From: Bugula neritina
Lineage: Eukaryota; Animalia; Bryozoa
Direction of reading: 5' to 3'
Assembly: GCA_964035545.1 (NCBI GenBank)
Contig: OZ037772.1
Coordinates: 10,724,818 to 10,788,817 of the forward strand
Length of the DNA stretch: 64,000 nucleotides
Part shown: in pieces, positions 12,318 to 25,888 of the stretch
How positions within the stretch are numbered: position 1 is the first letter of the stretch
Layout of the letters: each line of letters begins with the position of its first letter
Translations under genes and position numbers: made by a program
Notes under the pieces: model-generated
Database searches by the model: none
Seen by the model: the letters and a program-made list of their open reading frames with translations, nothing else
Told to the model about the DNA's origin: nothing

Positions 12318-13932
12318 CTTCCTGCATGGGGATGTATGCATGAAAACATGCATTTACAGAAGCATGTTATTTTACAGTAAGTAGATTTTACATGTATGAT
12401 GGTAGAAAAACCTCTTCACTGCTATCTTTGAGTTTGACACATATTATAGTATTTCACACTCTACAGGAAGAAACATATACGTGTATAACCATTACATAGA
12501 AGCCCTCTATAGTGTTCTTTTCTTTCTATCAGAAGTTTGTATTGCTCACAATATTTGTAAAACCGCCTAATAAAAGTTGCTAAAACCAAACTTCATTCCA
12601 CATAATATTATAATAGTGATATACAACATTAAGTTGAGATAATTTTTGTAAACTAACCTATCCATGAATTTATATAAATCTATTTACAACTGTTGGTTCT
12701 CTGCTTTTAGCCAGTGAAAAATCTCTCAGTGTCATGACAAGCCATGTGTGTACAGATGACTGATTAGAATTCTGTTAGTTTTGCCAAAATTGGGTATTAG
12801 TTTGAAAACCTAATTTTATATGCTGTTAATTTTTCATTAAATTGGAAAGATGTAGCTTTAGTTGATTAAATTATAACTGCATCATTTCTGCTATAAAATT
12901 CACCTGGTGGGAGCAGTTTTTTTAAGTAAATTATTATAATGCTCATTCAACCAGATAATGTTATATCAGTTTTATTGCTTGTAATTTAGGTACTTTTGGT
13001 ATGAAACATAATACATTTTATTTTGAAAAACTACATAAACTGCGTGACATATTATATACCAGCTTGTTTCAATATGCTCCCCCCCCCCCCCCCCCAGTAT
13101 ACAATCAATATATGAAAGTATATAGGTTAATTATTCTTGAATTCCTGCATTTTCTTTTTGAAATTGTTTCCAAAATTATAACAAGATACAATATTACTCT
13201 TACCACAAAATTTAAACCATAAAACAAGTATACATGCAAAGAAACAACTGATTTAGAGTTATCTTTTTTTATTATGATTTTCAGTTATCAAGCAGTAATT
13301 TTTTTTTACTCAGCACAAGTAGTTCGATAATTTTACTTAGAAAACTGCTAAATTAGTAAATATAGTAATTGCAAAGAATACATATTTTATATAAACATAT
13401 CCTTATAAAAGTCAAAATGGTACATTACTTTGACGTTTCACTTCATTGAAACACTAGGCATAAAAACAAAAGATCTTTTTGTTGCAAAGTCAAGAAATAA
13501 GACAAATTAGCAATACTGAACATTTTTCATAACAGTAGAAAACTTTTTGTTTAAAATTGTTTGTTTTAAATCATGTGATAATGCCCTCATCACATTTTAT
13601 ATTTACTGAATATTGCTTTCTTTTGCCAATGATTTTTGTATATATTTAAAATAATTTTGTAAGCCAACTCTGATAAACATGTAACAAAATGTTCTTCTGC
13701 AGTCGATAGAAAACACTCCAGGCTTTATTTCAGTTAAAAATTACCATTGTTCATCCAGCTTTAAACTGCAAAGCAGCTAACTATATATTATATAGCGGAA
13801 GGTTTTAGTGAACAGCTAACCTATGATATTGTCAATGAAGTATTTAGAGCCTATTTTATATTGTAAACTATTTATTCTGATGCTTTAGTCAATACTTAAT
13901 TTTAAATTTGAACTTAACCTAGATGATCCAAC

Positions 13933-15933
13933 ATGTCTCTGTGTCCACCATGTAAGTATAACATTCTGTAAAATTTGCAAACCATATGGTAATATTTAAA
14001 ACAGACAGTGTAAAGCATGTAGAGACAACTTCTTAGTAAGTTTACTTATGTATTTTATAAGTATCTTCTTTACCATGTTACAGTTGTTGACCACCAGGAG
14101 GTTCTTCAAACATCTAATCACTACACACATGAAACATATCAATATGCTGACTGGGAGACTTTTTATGATAGTTTAGACTCTACAGAACAGTATAAACATC
14201 CAGTAAACTCAGACACTTCTACTTCTGCTCTCACTGCAGACACTCAACCTTTTCTTAAGATGTCACCTGCTGTATCTGACACTTACCTACCAAATGGTAC
14301 TGTCAGGGAAAATTTCGGATTGCTGGGAGAACATAACTACAATTCAGAATTCCTCCTCTGTGAACTTAGTTACTTCAACTTCCACAATCAATGCATGCAA
14401 TCAAAGCTCTGTCAGCACAGAAGCTACAGTATATAACAACTATCTACACCAAGATGAACCTGATGTTCCTCTGTCTGAAGTTATCTCTGAGGCTTTTACA
14501 GTCTTAGGATTGAATATTACATCAGATTTCAACTCAAGTGGTGAGTCTTTTGAATAGTTGTAAATTCGTTTTAATGGCATTCAAAATAAGTCTTCTAAAG
14601 TAAATTGTTTATGAGAAGATAGAATTACCATAAGTTTTATTAGGTAATTGACATTTAATAATAAAGTAATTGTATAAATCAATTACATTACATATGTAAT
14701 TAATTACAATTATACTAACTACAATTACATTTTTATACATCAGTTACAAATTACATTCAATTACTTGAAAAAATGTAAATAATTAAAAACAATTAAAATT
14801 ACAAATTACAATTACTCTAACCTTGATATGTACCCTCTATTTATTATAGGTATAATTATCACTTATACTATAGCATGCACAAATTCAACAGTATTGGTAG
14901 CATAGAAACTCATGCAAGTTTGCGTTTAAAAGTAATATATTTTTGCAAAAATCATAATGCTTAAATAAAATGTACTTCTACGGCCACTTGTATATACTTT
15001 CAACACTAACTCAAATAAAATGTTTTCCTATTTCAAGAATATGTCTACATATATCATCTACTTATATAGTTTATCAAAATCCTATAACGTAATGTAACAT
15101 ACTATCACTTGTACCAAAGTTTGATGAGCCAGAAGTTATGTTGAAATGTTACAGATACTGTTTTATGTTTTTGTTTTACAGATCAAATGCAAACAGATTT
15201 AAAGATAAGAAACTTTTGTGTCAGTCTAGTTGATACAATTTTCAAAATGGCAGATAACTATAAGATGTTTAGCAGGTTATACAAAGATACAGAGAGTAGT
15301 GCTTGTGATACACTGGGTACTGATAGAGCACCTTGTAGAGATGAACAGGATCAAAATGATGCTCTGGTGAAAGATGTTAGAGCAAGGTCTGGTGCTAAAC
15401 ATAAAAATATGCAGGCCGAGATAAAAGACTTTCAATATCTTTTATGTACTTACAAGACTCAACACAAAAGTAAACTTACCCAGCATTTGAGAGTACACAC
15501 AAAAGAGAAACCATTTGTCTGTGAAGTCTGTGGCCACGCTTTTACTCAGCGAAGTAATCTCAAAGCACACATGAGACAACACACTGGAGAGAAACCTTTT
15601 CAGTGCAATCAATGTGACTTCAAATTAGCACAACAAACTACTCTCATAGTGCACATAAGGAGACATACTGGAGAGAAACCCTATCAGTGCAATCAATGTG
15701 ACTACAAGTCAACACAGCACAGTGTTCTCATAACACACATGAGGAGACACACTGGTGAGAAGCCATTTGTCTGTGAAGTCTGTGGTCACGCTTTTACTCA
15801 TCGAAGTAGTCTTACTACACACATGAAGAAACACACTCGAACAAAACCTTTTCAATGTGATTAATGTGACTACAAGGCTGCCAGGAGTGGAACTCTTGTT
15901 CGCCATATAAAAAAACACAAAAAAGAAGCTTGA
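13933..15933 (+). pseudogene. U5: ZF pseudogene
   Basis: Exons 13933-13951, 14084-14540 and 15182-15933. Three lesions: +1 frameshift at ~14310 (gggaaaatttcggat), Cys>Tyr in finger 1 (FQYLLC), premature TAA at 15862-15864 inside the last finger. Confidence 0.8.
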
Positions 15934-17726
15934 TTTGCTGGTAAACTCAAAAAATGTGTATTTACAGAATCATGTTGTTTTCTAGCAAATTTTACAAAAA
16001 ATACAGCGCAGGAAAATCTCTTCACTGCTATCTCTGAGTCTGACACAAAATTTTTCAAACTCTTATGTTATACATGCATCTGCATAGGAATATATATTGT
16101 TCTCTAAAGTTTGCTTTTATCAGATCCCCTTTAAATATAAAGCTGTTAAATTAAACTTTTAAAATATTGATTCACACAAATGTAGTTGACATCATACAAT
16201 GTATAAAATTGAGTTTAGAGACAAGGGAATATACTTATTATAACAATTATTGTAAGCCATTGTACAACTAGCTACCAGCGCATATATGATTGTGTATGAA
16301 TCTATTTACTGTTTGCTATAACCGTGGTTTTAAATCAGTGAAAAAAGTTTTAGTGTTCAAACCAACAACATATTCAATGACTGCCAATCTGAGTTTACTA
16401 TAACTTTTATCAACTCAAAACACTTTTTTTCAACATATGTAATCACTTTTTGTCATTTTATTTATCTGGTGCTTTTGCATGAGTGAAAATATGTGAAATG
16501 AAGTTGAAATTATATTGTTCTAGTTAATACTATTTTTCTTTCAATAGCAATCTATTGCAATGACATCTTATAATATATTATACACAGTTATATCTTCAAA
16601 CAATATTGCTTTCATAATTTGCAATTTTTTTGCTTATTGTAACTATATACTATGATTGCAGCTAAAAAATTAAATAATTTGGAAGAAAATATCTACAGTG
16701 TCGACAGTTATCTATCATAACAATTAATCAGCTTCATCAGTCAATCTAAACACTATATACAACCATCCTATTGAAGATACCGGTGTATTATTAATATGGT
16801 GACCATAGTTTTTTAATGTTAAGCTTTCTGTGGTATATAAATTAAGTAAGATATTATTATCGTTAATTTTATTTCCAGCTGCTCAAATATTTGTCACATT
16901 TGTATCATAGTAATTCAGAAAAACAGGATTTTTATATTTCTAAGTTAACTACAACTTTTCTCAAAGGTAAAACATTTTTTTATTAAAAGCACGAAAGTAT
17001 TTTTAACTTATGTTTACATTGTTACTCTATTTGAATATTGCATAAAAGTACTAAACAGTTTTTTATAAAAATTAAGGTATAAAATGTGACATTAAATAAC
17101 ACAGTGCTATAGTATATATAAATGCACAGGATTTACTGACCTAGAGTTATCTTTCCTATCTATACACTTTATTCATTGAGCAGTGATTGATTTTTCTCAG
17201 CACAAGTAGCTCTATAATTTTATTTATAGAAACTTCAGAATTACTGAGTCATGCTGAATACATGTTTTATAGAAACATCCTGTGATTATAAAAATTAGGG
17301 AACAGCCGTGGTCCAGTGCAGCTAGATAAAAATTAAGATGCTATACATATTATACTTACTTTTTATTTCATTTAAATATAAAGCATACAGAAACAAAACA
17401 CCAATGTTATGCCTACAATGATTGTATAACCAGCTTTGATATACATAATTATATTGAAATGTTTTTTTAGCCAATGGAAAAAACTAGATTGGCTTGATTT
17501 TAGTCAATAATTACCATTGTGCAGTCAGCTTTAGATCGCAAGGCAGCTAACAGAATAGCAGAAGGCTTTAGTGAACACCTAACCTATGATATTTTCAATG
17601 GAGTAGTTGAAACATATTTTATCTTGTAAAATATCTCTCATAACTTTATAGTCAATATTTATTTATCTTAGTTTTATTTACACTAGTTTATATCAGTGTT
17701 TCTCAGCAATTTCTAGATCATCCAAC

Positions 17727-19681
17727 ATGTCTGTGTACCATCATGAATGTGAGTATATCATTCTGTAAAGCTTGCGACTTATATGTCAATATTTGCAACG
17801 GATAGTGTAAAGCACGTAGAGACAACTTCTTAGTTAGTTACCTTATGTATTTTATAAATATCTTTTTTACCATGTTACAGTTGTTGACCACCAGGAGATT
17901 ATTGAAACATCTTTTCACTACCAACAGAAAACATCTGATCATTTTGCTGACTGGGAGACTTTTTATGATAGTTTAGACTCTACAGAACAGTATAAACATC
18001 CAGTAAACTCAGACACTTCTACTTCTACTCTCACTGCAGACACTCAACCTGTTCTTAAGATGTCACCTGCTGTATTTGACACTTACCTACCAAATGGTGC
18101 TGTCAGGGAAAATTCTGATTGCTGGGAGAATATAACTGCAAACCAAAATTCCTCCACTGTAACCTTAGTTCTTTCAACTTCCACAATCAATGCAAGCAAT
18201 CAAAGCTCTGTCAGCACAGAAGCTACAGTATATGACAACTATCTACATCAAGAAGAACCTGATGTTTCTCTGTCTGAAGTTATCTCTGAGTCTTTTACAG
18301 TTTTAGGACTGAATATTTCATCAGATGCCAACTCAAGTGGTGAGTCTTTTGAATAGTTGTAAATTCGTTTTAATAACATTCAAAATAAATCTTCTAAAGA
18401 AAATTGTTTATGAGAAAATAGAATTACCATAAGTTTGATTAGGTAATTGACATGTAATTATAAAGTAATTGTAAAAATCAATTACATTAAATATGTAATT
18501 AAATACAATTATACAACTACAATTACACTTTTATACATAAGTTACAAATTACATTCAATTACTTGAAAAAATTTAAATGATTACAACCAATTACAATAAC
18601 AAATTACAATTACTTCAACCATGATATGTACTCTCTATAAATATTATCACTTATACTAGCATACATAACTTCAACAGTATTGGTAGCGTATAAGAAACTC
18701 GTGCAAGTTTACATTTATTAGTAATACTTTTTTAAAAGAAAATTAAATGAAATGTACTTTTATAACCACTTGCATATACTTGCGTAGCTTGCCTAAATCA
18801 AACTTTTTCCTATTCCGAGAATATGTCTACATAGCTGTACTGTATACAAAGAGTCTTCCATTAGCCAACAGAATTGCAGTAAAATTATCATTTACTAGTT
18901 TATCGAAAGCCTATAACGTAACACAGAATACTATAGTTTGTACTGATAAATTTGATTTGAACTAGAAGTGATGTTGAAATGTTACAGTTACTGTTTTACG
19001 TTTTGTTTTACAGATCAAACTCAAGCGGATTTAAAGATAAGAAACTTTTGTGTCAGTCTAGTTGATGCAATTTTTAAAATAGCAGATGACTCTAAGGTGT
19101 TTAACAGGTTATACAAAGATACAGAGCATAGTGCTTGTGATACACTGGGTACTGATAGAGCACCTTGTAGAGATGAACAGGATCAAAAAGATGCTCTGGT
19201 GAAAGATGTGAGAGCAAAATCTGATGCTAAACATAAGAAATTGCAGGCAAAGATAAAAGACTTTCAATGTCTTTTATGTACTTACAAGACTAAACACAAA
19301 AGTAAACTTACCCAGCATTTGAGAATACACACAAAAGAAAAACCATTTGTCTGTGAAGTCTGTGGTCACGCTTTTACTCATAAATGTAATCTCAAAGCAC
19401 ACATGAGAAGACATACTAGAGAAAAACCTTTTCAGTGCAATCAGTGTGACTATAAGACCAGATTTGAGAATAGTCTTACTCGGCACAAATGGAAACACAC
19501 TGGGAATAAACCATTTTTGTGCTATGTTTGCAAAAAGACTTTTACTCAACAATGTAACCTGACCATTCACATGAGGAAACACACTGGAGAGAAACCATTC
19601 CACTGTAAACTATGTGACTACAAAGCTGCTCGGAAAGGGCTAGTTGTTCGCCATGTAAAAAAGCACCACAATGAAACTTGA
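17727..19681 (+). CDS. U6: C2H2 zinc-finger protein, 5 fingers
   Basis: Exons 17727-17748, 17881-18339 and 19014-19681. Confidence 0.85.
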
Positions 19682-19699
19682 TTTGCTGCATGGGGATCT

Positions 19700-20142
19700 A
19701 TGCATGAGAACATGAATTTACAGTGCGGAACTACCAATGTATTTGTACACATATTTGATCAAAAACAAGATGTAGTGAGTCCAGCAAAAACAAACTGCAA
19801 CGAGAAGGAATTCGTACATAATACTGCTGAAGATAGATCTACAAAACAGATTAGACTCACTAAACACAGAAAATGGCAGACCAAGATAAAAAGTTTCCGA
19901 TGTCTTCTTTGTGTAGTCACAAAGCAGAAGGTAAAAGTAATCTAAACAGGCGTATGAGAGTACACACAAAGGGAAAGCCATTTGCCTTCAATATCTGTGG
20001 TCACGCTTTTACTCAGCAAGGTACTTTTACAGCGCACACATGAGGAAACCCACTAAAGAAAGCAATTCTACTGTATAAACTGTGTGGCTACAAGGCTGCT
20101 CAGAGAGTACATCTTGTTTGTCTTGTGAAAAAAGAATTTTGA
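19700..20142 (+). pseudogene. Ghost ZF module after U6
   Basis: Same linker as 7929, frameshifted degenerate fingers. Confidence 0.8.
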
Positions 20143-21813
20143 CTTGCTAGTGAAGTTTGAAAATGTGTGTTTACAAAGACGTGTTGTTATACAGTGAATT
20201 TATCATTTCGAACCCCAGTGAGGAGAACTAACATACTGCTATCTCTCTGTTAGACACAACACATTTGAGACTCTACAAGAAACCGCATCTGTCTGCAAAG
20301 GGTTTGTGGAACTGCATTAGAACATACAACTTAAACATATTTGTAAAAATAGATGATATAAATTATAAAATTCAGATTGGCCTAAATGCAGATGTAGACA
20401 CATTATAATTAGCTATGTCTAATATCCAGTTAGACAAGAGACTTATTGCTTGTACCCTAACTTATTCAATAATATTATATATATGAATCTTTTTGCACTC
20501 CATGTCAGGTTTTAACTTTCAACTTTGAAGTCTATATGGTGTCTTAGCAAAATAATTACGTATCTGTAATATCCATTGGTTCGAATTATGCTCTTTTTAC
20601 CAGTTTAAAGCGTTTTAACTATATTTATATATTATTTATATTTATAGTGAGTCATAAACTTAAATTATTACTGTTTTAGTTGATTATATTTCCTATTTAT
20701 TATTGATATATTATTTTGATAGTTTCAATTCTGATATTGTCCCCACTTCTTCATACCAGAGTAACATCTGTATTGCAACAGATTTAACTCATATATTATA
20801 GTTTTTTAAGTCTAATCAAAACATCTTTCTACATTAAAATTGATTTCACCAAGTAATATATACGTCTTATATAATATATTCATGTAGAATACTTTAATGA
20901 ACCCCCCCCCCCCCTATAATATGCACACAATATCTATATTAGTATATCATATGTTGGGTTTTCTTGTTGTATAACAAGTGGCAGCCTGATTTTGATAATG
21001 CAAACAATGAATTTACACCTTATAATGACACTAATATCCAGACTATACATGAGTAATCATTGCTTTAGAATTGGGTTTCCATAGTTATAACAATGTACAT
21101 TATTACTTTTAACTTTAGAATTATATAACACAGCCCAAGTATATAGGCAGAGGATTTACTGACTTAGAGTTATCTTTCCTATCTATAAACTTTTGATTCA
21201 TTGAGCAGTGATTGATATTTCTCAGCACAAGTAATTCTATAATTCTATTTATATATATAGCAACTTATAAATTACTGAGTCATGTGGAATACATTTGCTT
21301 TATATAAAAAACATTGTGTGATTATGACACTTACGGAGCAGCCATGGTCCACTGCAGTTAGATGAAAATTAAGATGCTACAAATTATATCCATCTTCATC
21401 AGAAATTATATAGATTTTTCCATACGGTGGGGGAATATTTTGTGGGTAGAATTCTGTCCACTTGAATTATTTAATAATGTAATCATCACAATTTATTTTC
21501 ATTCAGTATCGCTTTCTATGGCCAATGTTTTTGATCCATGTTTATAATATAAACTTTTGCCAGTAATGATTACCATATTATAATAAAATGTTTCATCAGT
21601 CAATGAAAAACCTCCTGGCTTAATTTTAGTTAAATATTACCATTGTGCAATCAGCTTTAAACTGTAAGGCAGCTAACTGAATAGCAATAAAATGCTTTAG
21701 TAAACAGCTAACCTGCGATATTGTCAATGAAGGATTTATAGCATATTTTATCTTGTAAACTATTTATCCTAATTCTTTTAACGTTATTTACAATAATTTA
21801 TATCATTGCTACA

Positions 21814-23583
21814 ATGTCTGTGTACCACCATGAATGTAAGTATATCATTCTGTAAAACTTTCATACTATATGTCAATATTTGCAACAGACAGTGTAAAGC
21901 ACGTAGAGACAACTTCTTAGTTAGTTTACTTATGTATGTTATAGGTATCTTTGTTACCATGTTACAGTTGCTGACCACCAGGAGATTCTTCAAAGATCTA
22001 ATCACTACCAACAGGAAACATCTGATCACTTTGCTGACTGGGAGACTTTTTATGATAGTTTAGACTCTGCAGAACAGTATAAACATCCAGTAAACTCAGA
22101 CACTTCTACTTCTACTCTCACTGCAGACACTCAACCTTTTCTTAACATGCCATCTGCTGTATCTGACACTTACCTACCAAATGCTACTGACAGGGAACAT
22201 TTGGATTGCTGGGAGAATATAACTGCAAACCAAAATTCCTCCACTGTATACTTAGTTCCTTCAACTTCCACAATCGATGCAAGCAATCAAAACTCTGTCA
22301 GCACAGATGCTACAGTGTATGACAACTATCTACCGGAAGAACCTGATGTTCCTTTGTCTGAAGTTATCTCTGAGGCTTTTACAGTTTTAGGACTAAATAT
22401 CTCACCACAGGTCGACTCAACTAGTGAGTATATTCTATGTATTAAGATATATTTAGAACAATCTCTTTCTTTCAAAACTCTAATGTTCGTGTGACATTAT
22501 AATCAACTTCATTCTTTTAGATTTTTTAATTAGTTTTGGGATAAATACAAATTATACCATACTTTATAGAATTACAAGTTTCTCATTTAATAAATTAACC
22601 AAATCATTTTGATTTAAATTCTCATTTTAATCTACAAAAAATTTATTACCAGGTGCATTATTTAAAATTAATTTATTGTCTTTATCAACTGAACTAATGT
22701 CTTTATATGACAACAATGAATTACCTAAAGTACAATCTACAAATTGATCAGTAAATTTTAGAAGCAAGTTTTTTCATGTTTTATAGACAAAATTCAAATA
22801 GAAGTTGATAAAAGAGATCCTGCTGATAACTTAGTAGATGTATTGTGTACAGGAGCACATGAATACAACGCAAACAAAATTACAGAAATTCACACTAGAA
22901 AAAATCAGAGTGATACTGCCAACATATTTAGAGTTGTACTTGATCAAGAAGAAAATGTAGTGAATCCAGTAAAATCAAATTGCAAAAAGAGGGAACTTGT
23001 TGATAACACTTGTGAAAATGAATCTCAAAGACAGGTCAGACTTGTTAAGCATAGAAAACGGCGAACCGAAAAGAAAAGTTTTCAGTGTCCGCTCTGTAAT
23101 CACAGAGCTGTATATAAAAGTGGTCTTACCCAGCATTTGAGAACACACACAAGTGAAAAGCCATTTATCTGTGAAGTCTGTGGTCATGCTTTTACTCATC
23201 AAAGTAGTCTCACAGCACACGTGAGAAAACATACTGGAGAGAAACCTTTTAAGTGTGGTCACTGTGACTACAGGTCAGCAGAGCAAAGCAACCTCATGAG
23301 ACACATGAGAATACACACTAAAGACAAACCTTTTCAGTGCAATCAGTGTGACTATAAGACCAGATTTAAGAGTGGTCTTATTCAGCACAAATGGAAACAC
23401 ATTGAGAATAAACCATTTTTCTGCTATGTTTGCAAAAAGACTTTTACTCAACAATGTAACCTGACCATTCACATGAGAATACACACTGGGGAGAAACCAT
23501 TCCACTGTAAACTATGTGAATACAAGGCTGCTCGGAAAGAGCATCTTGTTCGCCATGTAAAAAAACAAAACAAAGAAACGTGA
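21814..23583 (+). CDS. U7: C2H2 zinc-finger protein, 5 fingers plus 1 degenerate
   Basis: Exons 21814-21835, 21968-22423 and 22787-23583. Intron 2 and the start of exon 3 are U2-type. The last finger ends HVKKQ. Confidence 0.83.
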
Positions 23584-23601
23584 TTTGCTGCATGGGGATC
23601 T

Positions 23602-24050
23602 ATGCATGAAAACGTGAATTTACAGCGCGGACTATCAATGTATTTGTACACATATTTGATCAGAAACAAGATGTAGTGAGTCCAGCAAAAACAAACTGCA
23701 ACGAGAAGGAGTTTGTACATAATACTTCTGAAGATAGATCTACAAAACAAGTTGGATTCACCAAACACAGAAAATGGCAGACCAAGATGAAACATTTCCG
23801 ATGTCTTCTCTGTAGTCACAAAGCAGAAGGTAAAAGTAATCTAATCAGGCGTATGAGAGTACACACAAAAGAAAAGCCATTTGCCTTTAAAGTCTGTGGT
23901 CATGCTTTTACTCAGCAAGGTAACTTTACAGTGCACACATGAGGAAACACACTGGTGAAAAACTATTTAACGTATAAACTGTGTGGCTATAAGGCTGCTC
24001 AGAGAGTACATCTTACCGTCATATGAAAAAAATACAAACAAGAAACCTGA
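23602..24050 (+). pseudogene. Ghost ZF module after U7
   Basis: Degenerate fingers with frameshifts. Confidence 0.8.
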
Positions 24051-25888
24051 CTTGCTGGTGAAGTTAAAAAATGTGTATTTATAAAGACATGTTGTTATAC
24101 AGTGAATTTCTCATTCCCAACCCCAGTGCAGGAGAACTAACATAGTGCTATCTCTAAGTTAGACATAACACATTTGGGACTCTACAAGAAACAGCATCTG
24201 TCTGCAGATGCCTTGTGGAACTGTATTAGAACATACAGCTTGAACATATTTGTAAAACTGTTGAATAGATATAAATTATAAAATTCAGATTGGCCTATAA
24301 ATGCAGTATAGACACAATATAATTATCTATGTATAATATCCAGTTAGAAAAGAAACAGATTGCTTGTACCTTAACTTATTCATCATCTTATCATATATAC
24401 ATCTTATTGCATGCAATGCCAGGTTTTACCTTTCAACTTTAAAGTCTGTAAGGTGTCTTAGCAAAATAATTATGTATCTGCAATATCCATTGGTTCGAAT
24501 AATGTTCTTTTTATCAGTTTAAAGCGTTTTTTATCTATATTTATAGTGAGTCATAAACTTGAATTAGTATTGTTTTAGTTGATTACATTTCCTAGTTATT
24601 ATTGATAGATTATTTTGATAGTTTCAATTCTGATATTGTCTCCAATTAAAACATCTTCATGTCAGAGTAACATATATGTTGCAACATTTTTAACTCATAT
24701 ATCAGTTTCTTAATTCTAATTAAAATATCTTTGTACATTAAAATTTATTTCACAAAGTAATATATACGTTTTATATATATTCATGTATAGTATTTTAATT
24801 AAAACCCTATAATATGCACATGCAATATTTACATTAGTACATCATATATCGGGTTTCCTTGTTGTATAACAAGTGACAGCATGATATTAATAATGCAAAC
24901 AATGAACTTACACCATATGACACTGGTATCCTGCCTATACATAAGTGATCACTGCTTTAGAGTAAGGGTTCCATAATTATAACAATATGCACTATATTGC
25001 TTTTAACTCTATAATTATATAACACAACCCGAGTATATATGGCAGAAGATTTACTGACTTAGAGTTATCTTTCCTATCTATATACTTTTTATTCATTGAG
25101 CAGTGATTGATATACAAAATTTTAGTCAAATACATGAACTGCATGGCATATTCTATACCAGCATGTATCAATGGTAGCTCCAAATATACAAACAATATAT
25201 GAAAGCGGTTTTTCTCAATATTTAAATCTTTTTAAAATTATGTTCATAAATATAGCAAGATATAATTATATATAACTCTTAGCCCCGAAGTTAAACCACA
25301 GCACAAGTATGTATGCAGAGGAACAGCTGACTTAGAGTTATCTTACTTTTAATTTTAGTTTTCAGTTATTGAGCAGTGATTTATTTAACTCAGCACAAGG
25401 CAGTAATGGAAATTCAACAAATAACAATTAGGAATACTGATGTTTTTTTTATAAAATCAGACTATCAGCTGCTTGATAATCTGTTGACTTAAGCCATTTA
25501 ATATTAATGTCGCCATCAGAATTTGTTTCATTGAATGTTGCTTTCTATTGCCCATTTGTTTTTGTATTTGCTTATAATATTTTAATAAACAAACTTCGAA
25601 ATACTTATAATAAAATGTTCTATTGCAGTGAATGGAGAAAAATATTGGCTTGATTTTAGTCAGAGATTCATACTATTGTGCAATCAGCTTTAAACTGCAA
25701 GGCAGCTAACTAGCTGTAGTAAAATGCTTTAGTGAACAGCTAACCTATTATATTGTCAATGAAGTATTTATAGCATATTTTATCTTGTAGAATATCTACC
25801 CTAATGCCATAGTCAATATTTATTTATTTCAACTTTATTTACATTATTAATTATCATTTTTTTCTCAACAGTATCTAGATCATCCAAC

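Noticed and set aside
13001-13222. ORF with a polyproline run
   Set aside because: Arises from an unstable poly-C tract that differs in the U15 copy.
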